In this document: piece by piece, positions 57,008 to 64,000 of the stretch
Position numbering within the stretch: the first letter of the stretch is position 1
Layout of the letters: each line of letters starts with the position of its first letter
DNA from: TPA_inf: Saccharomyces
Lineage: Eukaryota
Length of the DNA stretch: 64,000 nucleotides
NCBI GenBank assembly: GCA_000146045.2
Contig: BK006947.3
Coordinates: 576,001-640,000, forward strand
Reading direction: 5' to 3'
The notes under the pieces: generated by a model
The model's database searches: none
The model's input: only the letters and a program-made list of their open reading frames with translations
Told to the model about the DNA's origin: nothing
Program-made: the position numbers and the translations under genes

Positions 57008-57856
57008 TTAGAAGAACACCTTATCATTGCTAGGTAATGCGAATGGATGGACCATAATGTACGAGTTTTGTCTTGTGGCAATACCTGCGTAAGCGTTGTA
57101 CCAGGCAATGAAGGCTACTATCACACCAAGGACCCCACCAGCTCTAGTGACGCCAACTTCGCCTGTGAAGTTTGCAATGGATAGAAGTAAGAAGGTCACT
57201 GCTAAGAGGAAGAATAAGGCAAAAAACATTATAGTTGATTTCATGGTGCAGACGGAAAGACCGAAGGTGAAGAGTGCCCATCCTAGGAGGTAAAACCCTA
57301 GCGCATTTCCAAGGTCGGATTCCTTGTCCTTATAGGCATCTAGAATTCCAAACCAAGGGATGTATATAGCACCGAAGCTTAACCAAAAACCGCCGAAGGA
57401 ACACAGGGCTGTACCACCGAAAGTGTTCTCTAAAGCGATTTCCCAAATACCAGCAATGAGTTGAACGAGGCCACCGTAAAACATGGCACACCCAACAACA
57501 ACATTAGGGATAGTGATGCCTTGGGCTCTTGCATTGAACATGGATAGGACAAACGTAGTGAGGGCAAAACCGGAAAGTCCTAGTGGAGCAGGATTTGCGA
57601 ATTTATGGACTGGCGCGGGGGCTAAACCGGGATTCAGAGTACCACCGAATGCCTCGAACAAATCATCCCTTAAAAATTTTTGACGGCCGATGTAAATATA
57701 CTCGTTGTTTTTGCCCGCAGTATATATTTTGCATATGGACTCTTGCGAGTGGCGGCTCTGATCGTTGTTTTCAGAGATGAACTCACCCTCGGAAGAATCG
57801 AGTGCCTTAGGGTTCTCAAAAGCGGTGTTGCCGCTGCTTTGTTCTCTGTCAGACAT
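57008..57856 (-). CDS. ATO2: GPR1/FUN34/YaaH-family acetate / ammonium export membrane protein, 282 aa
   Basis: Family signature NPAPLGLSGFALTTF and six TM helices. Position next to RPC34 matches YNR002C. Confidence 0.9.
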   Translation of the reverse strand: MSDREQSSGNTAFENPKALDSSEGEFISENNDQSRHSQESICKIYTAGKNNEYIYIGRQKFLRDDLFEAFGGTLNPGLAPAPVHKFANPAPLGLSGFALTTFVLSMFNARAQGITIPNVVVGCAMFYGGLVQLIAGIWEIALENTFGGTALCSFGGFWLSFGAIYIPWFGILDAYKDKESDLGNALGFYLLGWALFTFGLSVCTMKSTIMFFALFFLLAVTFLLLSIANFTGEVGVTRAGGVLGVIVAFIAWYNAYAGIATRQNSYIMVHPFALPSNDKVFF

Positions 57857-58343
57857 GCCTTTTATTTTTTTCTGTGATTGAAGATTGTTTTTGATTGATC
57901 TGTAGAATGTTACATAGTTAGTTATGGCTATTCTAGCTCTAGGTAGGACAGTTCTCCTGCTTTATATATTTTGCTTGTTCAAAGATGATCACGGCTGTTC
58001 TCGGAGTGCGTAACTGCTTGAGAGTTAAATCCGTCGAAGTTGCTGATCATTTCCAGAAATGAGGAGACTGTTGATGATCTACTGTGAAATTATTGCGGGG
58101 CTGGTAGCATCTACTGTCACTATTATTGCCATGTCGGCTGGTATCGGAGTTCTCCCTCCGCCGATTTAGGATGGAGCCGTTCCAGCCGCGTCCGCTCTTA
58201 AGCGTCCGTAATTGGTCAACAAAGCATTTCAGCCGTGGTGATTGGAAGGAAGGTCAGCTTTCCTGTATTGCGTCTCTATCTACTTACAATACGAATGATA
58301 CATTGAATTACGTACTAGTGTGAGATAGGGGTAGTCAAGAACT

Positions 58344-59297
58344 TCAAATTGTCCATTCATCGAAATAGACCACTTCCTTGTCGTGTTTTGAAGCCGGAAA
58401 CATCTTGAAGTAGTTAAAGATGGAAAATTCTTCTTCATCCTCCAAAGCCTTATTACCTGCCTCCGGCTCGCCCTCACCTTGGTTCATTTGTAGAATGCTC
58501 TCTAAGGTCACTCTATAGCAGTCATGCGTGACTTTTTCCAGCTTGTCGTCGTACACTAAGACTTCACACAAAGATCTGATATTTGAAGGGGTTAACTCGA
58601 CATTGGCCACTTGTGCCGCTGTAATAAATTCCAAAATTTCTTGTGTGGTAGAGTAATTTTTTACGTTTGGAGCATAAAAGACGTTTTTTTTGGGTCCATT
58701 TTCGAAATTCTTGAAGCCATTAGGGAAGGTGTTCTCTGATATGAACCTCCAAACAATAGTCAATAAACTATTGATAAATTCTATATCCAGCTCTCCATCT
58801 GTGAACCATGGACCTCCTGTGATGTCCACAGAGGGTTGTAAGCTGTACAACATGTAGATTTTCCTTGTGGGAAACTTTACACTCTTAACACTCTTCACGT
58901 ATCTTTGGGATTCTAAACTCTTCAAGCATTTAAGAACTACATGCTGATGGAGATTGGTTCTTGCCTTGATAGTCTTGGACCATATCCCTTCTCTACCGCT
59001 AGCCTCGATATAAGAATATACCAGTGCCTCTTCAGCCGACATGGTGGCTTTCTTTTGCGCCTCAGATTCTAAGACACCTTGAAATTTTAATTCGTCGTTT
59101 TGTTTTACTAATTTGATCAAGTTCTTGTCTAGCAATTCCTGTACAATGGACATCAAGTCTGTTAACGACCCGATTCCCATTTGTTTTTGGAGTTCTTGCT
59201 GTGTAAATAATGCGCCTATTCCTTTCGACATCATCTGGCTATGTAAGGTTTTAGCATTGTCCGATAGCTGTAACCCATTTTCTATCATTCCACTCAT
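58344..59297 (-). CDS. RPC34: RNA polymerase III subunit C34, 317 aa
   Basis: Winged-helix Rpc34 sequence (MSGMIENGLQLSDNAKTLHSQMMSKG...); exact length match. Confidence 0.9.
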   Translation of the reverse strand: MSGMIENGLQLSDNAKTLHSQMMSKGIGALFTQQELQKQMGIGSLTDLMSIVQELLDKNLIKLVKQNDELKFQGVLESEAQKKATMSAEEALVYSYIEASGREGIWSKTIKARTNLHQHVVLKCLKSLESQRYVKSVKSVKFPTRKIYMLYSLQPSVDITGGPWFTDGELDIEFINSLLTIVWRFISENTFPNGFKNFENGPKKNVFYAPNVKNYSTTQEILEFITAAQVANVELTPSNIRSLCEVLVYDDKLEKVTHDCYRVTLESILQMNQGEGEPEAGNKALEDEEEFSIFNYFKMFPASKHDKEVVYFDEWTI

Positions 59298-59942
59298 ATT
59301 CAGGATATTGGCGCTGTAAATTCTTCACTTGATTAAGATTTTCTGTAATGATCTCATCTCACAAATACATCGCAAATCAACTTGAAAATTTTTAATACAA
59401 TAAAAGATTTGAAGGAAAAAAAAAGTGCCTGTGCGCGATGTTACTTAAAAACAAAAAGATTAAATAATTGCAATATCATCTAGTTGGATTCTAAATATAC
59501 TACCAAACAAGGGCTTAAACATTTTAATAAACGATTTACATATTTACTGTGGGTATGGCAATGGGTGAGCGTAGGTATGCTACGGTAGGCGATGTAGTGA
59601 GTAGTGCGGACGAACCGTAGCCGTAACGTTTAATGCCCCCTGCCTTTTCTTCTCAATTGCTCACATGTAAGCAAAGTCTTCCAAGAATCTGGTTTTACTC
59701 GTAGCCTTTTAACGCTGTTTTTTTTTTTTGCACACCTTTAAAACCTATAGAAACTCCTTCATATAAAATGTACTAGTTATAAGATGACTTTTTATATTCA
59801 AAATTAGAAGAAAACTTAACTAAAATTAAAAAAATAGCGGCTATTAAAAGGTATTAAAAAGTGAGAAAAAAAGAAAAAAATTATAAACTTGAGAAATCAA
59901 AGGAGACTAAATGCATAAGCAAAGAGAAGAGGATCTCCTCGG

Positions 59943-60383
59943 ATGATAGATTTATACAATTACTCTAACTTAGAAGGTTTACTAGACGGATTAACGGACT
60001 TGAATCGAATTCCGAAGGAATACTCCGCAGTATTGGAGCCATATTTTCAGAATATAGCAAGAAATGCACATTTAAAGTCTAGAGCTCTAAAAATTTGTCG
60101 TTCTAATTTCCATAAATGGAACGAAGAAGGTGCGAAGACAGTCAATCCGGAAATTATAAGAAGATGCCTTAACCTGTGGTATGTTTTGAAGGGCAAGGAA
60201 TATAAAAAGTTGAAGGATCCTCCGCCTGCTGATAATATCATTAAGGATGAGATTGATGTCTCATATGTTAAGAATTTGAATGTAGTCAGGTTGGAATTTG
60301 ACGAATTTGGTAAACTCATAAGTAATCCATTAGAGAATTTGATCTTGGAAGAGGTCGAAGTGAATGATTTCATACAAGAATAA
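59943..60383 (+). CDS. SWM2: Small nucleolar protein (synthetic with MUD2; snRNA/snoRNA cap trimethylation factor), 146 aa
   Basis: Length and position match YNR004W; I recognise the sequence only weakly. Confidence 0.65.
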
Positions 60384-60985
60384 ACCTAAAGTGTGTTCAC
60401 TCATCTAATATGCACGGAGCCTACCTTTTAGCTTTTGCTGCCAAACTAAACCAAGATTGAAAGATATATAATCGACTATCTTTCGTCTCGTAATCTGTAT
60501 CATGCAATTTAAATTAATTATCAACATAAAATGCTCTAGTTAGCACGCGCATATCCAGGAAAGTTCACCAGTAACTATGTACTAGACAAAAGCAAACTGT
60601 TCGGAGCGACCATACACCATATGTTGTTGAATCAACTTTTCTTAAGGCTCTTTCGAGTTCATCATTAACCAACCTAGGTATTTTCCCGATTTTTTGGTAA
60701 TATGTCAAAACAGCTACTTTGTATACATTTATAGACGCCTGGTGTCCTTTGAGCCTCACTTATATAAAGTAACCTTCACAAGATTTTGGATTTTGGTAAT
60801 ACATACGCTACTGCTATTTCTTGCGGAGCAGCAGAATCATCTTGCTCGGCCTCCTTTTCTGAAAATTTCGATGATACCTGAAATAATCATCATTAGCAGA
60901 GGGAATTTAAAAATAGAGGGTGTAAAATTATCAAGATTTTTTTTTGCTAAGGTGAATGAGTAGTGAGTAAAGAACTAAGAACAGT

Positions 60986-62854
60986 ATGTCCGTTAGCACG
61001 CCAAGTGAGTTAGACGCATTAATAGAACAAGCCACTAGTGAGAGCATTCCCAACGGTGACCTTGATCTCCCCATAGCGTTGGAAATTTCAGATGTGTTAA
61101 GATCTAGAAGGGTAAATCCCAAAGATTCTATGCGTTGTATAAAGAAAAGGATTCTCAATACGGCCGATAATCCAAATACCCAATTGTCTTCCTGGAAGCT
61201 TACCAATATATGTGTAAAAAATGGTGGAACGCCTTTTATTAAGGAAATTTGTTCCAGAGAGTTCATGGATACCATGGAACATGTCATTTTAAGAGAAGAT
61301 AGCAACGAAGAACTTTCTGAGCTGGTAAAGACCATATTATATGAACTATACGTAGCCTTCAAAAATGATTCGCAACTTAACTATGTGGCAAAAGTTTATG
61401 ATAAATTAATCTCTCGTGGCATTAAATTCCCTGAAAAGCTAACACTTTCCAATTCTCCGACTGCAATGTTTGACTCGAAGACGCCCGCAGATTGGATTGA
61501 TTCTGATGCTTGTATGATTTGCTCCAAAAAGTTTTCTCTACTAAATAGGAAACATCACTGTCGTTCCTGTGGTGGAGTTTTCTGCCAAGAACACTCATCA
61601 AATAGTATACCCTTACCTGATTTGGGTATATATGAGCCAGTCAGAGTATGTGATAGCTGCTTTGAAGATTACGATTTGAAGAGACATGACGACAGTAAAA
61701 AATCTAAAAAACATCGCCATAAAAGAAAGAAGGACAGGGACTACTCAACTCCTGAGGATGAAGAAGAGCTGATAAGGAAAGCAATAGAACTCTCCTTGAA
61801 AGAATCTAGAAATAGCGCTAGTAGCGAGCCTATTGTCCCCGTTGTAGAATCAAAGAATGAGGTGAAGAGACAAGAAATAGAAGAAGAAGAAGATCCTGAT
61901 TTAAAAGCTGCTATTCAGGAAAGCTTGAGAGAAGCTGAAGAAGCGAAGCTACGCAGTGAGCGTCAAAAAGCCTCTAGACAGATGCAACCCCAACAGCCAT
62001 CACCTCAACCTCAACCTATCCATTCCGTTGATTTATCTGATGAGGAGAAAGACAGCATATACATGTTTGCTTCACTTGTCGAAAAAATGAAATCGAGGCC
62101 CTTGAACGAAATTTTGGAAGACTCTAAATTACAAAACTTGGCTCAAAGAGTATTTGCTTCCAAAGCAAGGTTGAATTATGCTTTAAATGATAAAGCTCAG
62201 AAATACAATACTTTGATAGAAATGAACGGCAAGATTTCGGAAATTATGAACATATACGATAGATTATTGGAGCAACAGCTACAAAGCATCAATTTGTCTC
62301 AGCAATACACACTTCCACAAGTCCCTTCTGATCCGTACAATTACCTAACAGAAAATGTGCAAAATCCAGCAGAAAGCTATCAAACACCTCCCCTCCAGCA
62401 ACTATCATCTCATCAATACAAACCACAACAGGATGTCTCACGCCAACAATCGGTAAAAGCAAATTCATCACCTACCACTAATATTGATCACTTGAAAACC
62501 ATCGATGTGACACCACACGCACAGCAAAAGCCTCAATCGCACGTTGAACTTGCACCTTCGGACCCACCTTATCCAAAAGAAGAGGCCGAAGATGAAGGAA
62601 CACAGGCAGTGCAAGATGAGGAATCCTCCACACAAGAATCCCGCGAAAGGCCGTATCCAGTAGAAACAGAGAATGGTGAAACTTCAATAAATAAACGGCC
62701 TCAAGGCATTACACGTTACGATTTTCCAACTGTTCCTGCACGCAAATTCGTCCAACCGGAGTCAACTGTACCACTTCCTGCAAGTTCCTCTGAAATTCCG
62801 ATCAAAGAGGAAAGGCCGCCTAGTCCTCAAGAGGAACTGCTAATAGAGCTTTAA
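60986..62854 (+). CDS. VPS27: ESCRT-0 subunit with VHS domain, FYVE zinc finger and two UIMs, 622 aa
   Basis: FYVE motif ([13 protein letters not shown]...RVCDSC); UIMs ([31 protein letters not shown]); C-terminal clathrin-box-like LIEL. Confidence 0.93.
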   Translation: MSVSTPSELDALIEQATSESIPNGDLDLPIALEISDVLRSRRVNPKDSMRCIKKRILNTADNPNTQLSSWKLTNICVKNGGTPFIKEICSREFMDTMEHVILREDSNEELSELVKTILYELYVAFKNDSQLNYVAKVYDKLISRGIKFPEKLTLSNSPTAMFDSKTPADWIDSDACMICSKKFSLLNRKHHCRSCGGVFCQEHSSNSIPLPDLGIYEPVRVCDSCFEDYDLKRHDDSKKSKKHRHKRKKDRDYSTPEDEEELIRKAIELSLKESRNSASSEPIVPVVESKNEVKRQEIEEEEDPDLKAAIQESLREAEEAKLRSERQKASRQMQPQQPSPQPQPIHSVDLSDEEKDSIYMFASLVEKMKSRPLNEILEDSKLQNLAQRVFASKARLNYALNDKAQKYNTLIEMNGKISEIMNIYDRLLEQQLQSINLSQQYTLPQVPSDPYNYLTENVQNPAESYQTPPLQQLSSHQYKPQQDVSRQQSVKANSSPTTNIDHLKTIDVTPHAQQKPQSHVELAPSDPPYPKEEAEDEGTQAVQDEESSTQESRERPYPVETENGETSINKRPQGITRYDFPTVPARKFVQPESTVPLPASSSEIPIKEERPPSPQEELLIEL

Positions 62855-63181
62855 TATTGTAGCCTTTTCTATGTATTTGTAAAAAGAAACCTAGCGCTTA
62901 TAAATATATACATACATATATATATAATTGCTTGTTACGCAACTTATACATATTTCTGTCATTAAACTAGTTTTTAAGGTGAATATTCATAATTTATGTC
63001 AGTATTAACATTGAAACCGTCAAAAAAAAAAGTATCAATATAGACAAAGGAAGGACCATTTTAAGAAAGTGGTTTTAAGGAAGAAACTTGTTCCTGCATA
63101 TTTATAGTTAATTCCTATCTTCTTGTTTATCCTGTTTTTTGACCACCTGGCTTGCAGCTAATAGTGAAAAAACACAAATTT

Positions 63182-64000
63182 TTACCAACCTTCCATGGTA
63201 TAGTCATGTTGTATACTCGGTGTAACACTAGTAATAAACTTTAAGAAAACAATCAAGTATTGGTCTACCCGTAACGAATCATCAATATCGTCTTGTAAAT
63301 CCTCCCAGTCTCCGACACCGTCCAGCTCTTGTTCTTCCTGCAGCTCTTTCCTTCTTCGTTGTCTAACCACACGAACCTTATCTAGCAATATTTTCATTAC
63401 ATTAGCATGCTTACATGGATGAATGGAAACAGATAACACTGAATTCTTGTAAAAAGGTAGCTTTTCAATGGTGGCTGTCTTTGTTCTATAATCTGCTGAT
63501 ATATCTTCGAACATCTGCTCAGGGCTTAGTGGTGAACCATTAGAATTAAACCCCACTATATACATTTTAGGGACCCTATAAGATGTCGAGTACGCAATAT
63601 AAAGGTCGTAATACCTTTCTTGCGCCATATCTTTGGCTAGGCCACCTTTAGCATTAAATTCTTCTGTATCGTCATTTTCATCCTCCTCTTTTATTTCCAT
63701 GTCTTGTATTAGCTCATCAATATCATCGATAGATGAGTCCTTGGTCCCCCCCGCAGGCGTACTTTGCACATGTTCAGTTTCAGATCCTATGTATTCCAGA
63801 ACATCATCTTCATCTCCATCTTCTGCAAAACCTTTCATGATTACATCTGGCCCTTCAACTTCGACACATTGCTCGGCACGTTTATCACAGGGAACTTTTC
63901 TAATTATCAGAAACTGCTTATTCTTCGGTAAAAAATCTCTGTAACTAATATCTGACGACTCTTCGTTCCACTTCCAGGTGGGAAACATATGACATAAATA
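63182..64000 (-). CDS. ATG3: E2-like Atg8-PE conjugating enzyme, C-terminal about 270 codons; the N-terminus lies beyond the window end
   Basis: Catalytic HPC motif (HPCKHANVMKIL), acidic flexible region, C-terminal MEGW. The ORF is open to the window edge. Confidence 0.9.
   Translation of the reverse strand, partial: YLCHMFPTWKWNEESSDISYRDFLPKNKQFLIIRKVPCDKRAEQCVEVEGPDVIMKGFAEDGDEDDVLEYIGSETEHVQSTPAGGTKDSSIDDIDELIQDMEIKEEDENDDTEEFNAKGGLAKDMAQERYYDLYIAYSTSYRVPKMYIVGFNSNGSPLSPEQMFEDISADYRTKTATIEKLPFYKNSVLSVSIHPCKHANVMKILLDKVRVVRQRRRKELQEEQELDGVGDWEDLQDDIDDSLRVDQYLIVFLKFITSVTPSIQHDYTMEGW

Overview
This window is ordinary, well-characterised Saccharomyces cerevisiae nuclear DNA: the pericentromeric part of chromosome XIV, running from the HHT2-HHF2 divergent histone promoter at its left edge across CEN14 to the 3' part of ATG3 at its right edge. 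I recognise essentially every long ORF as a known yeast gene, in this order: HHF2, KTR5, CRZ1, SAM50, SSN8, KSH1, EFM6, FAP1, RCM1, HDA1, ARK1, YNL019C, YNL018C, PUB1, PBI2, HEF3, SPO1 (spliced), YNL011C, YNL010W/PYP1, IDP3, ASI3, SIS1, LST8, MRP7, HRB1 (spliced), PET8, RLP7, DOM34, CIT1, ATO2, RPC34, SWM2, VPS27 and ATG3 (truncated by the window end). Non-coding content I can support: CEN14 (CDEI-CDEII-CDEIII); three Pol III tRNA genes (tRNA-Ile AAU, tRNA-Pro AGG, tRNA-Asn GUU); a Ty4 tau solo LTR abutting a truncated Ty1/Ty2 delta between the divergent Pro/Asn tRNA genes; a box C/D snoRNA (probably snR66) in the SSN8-KSH1 intergenic; two spliceosomal introns (SPO1, HRB1); and several promoter elements (histone UAS/NEG, SIS1 heat-shock element, PAC/RRPE at RLP7). 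The supplied ORF track uses non-ATG (TTG/GTG/CTG) start codons, so several tracked ORFs carry spurious N-terminal extensions; I corrected starts to the first in-frame ATG that gives the expected protein length. I find no evidence of a novel or undescribed system. The hunt observations are therefore modest: an uncharacterised bacterial-type CofD/YvcK-family gene, an uncharacterised adjacent gene pair, the LTR nest at the tRNA pair, prion-like and polyQ coding repeats, and an apparent non-canonical branch point in HRB1. I had no alignment tools; identifications rest on recognised protein sequence, motif and family knowledge, and direct reading of the DNA.
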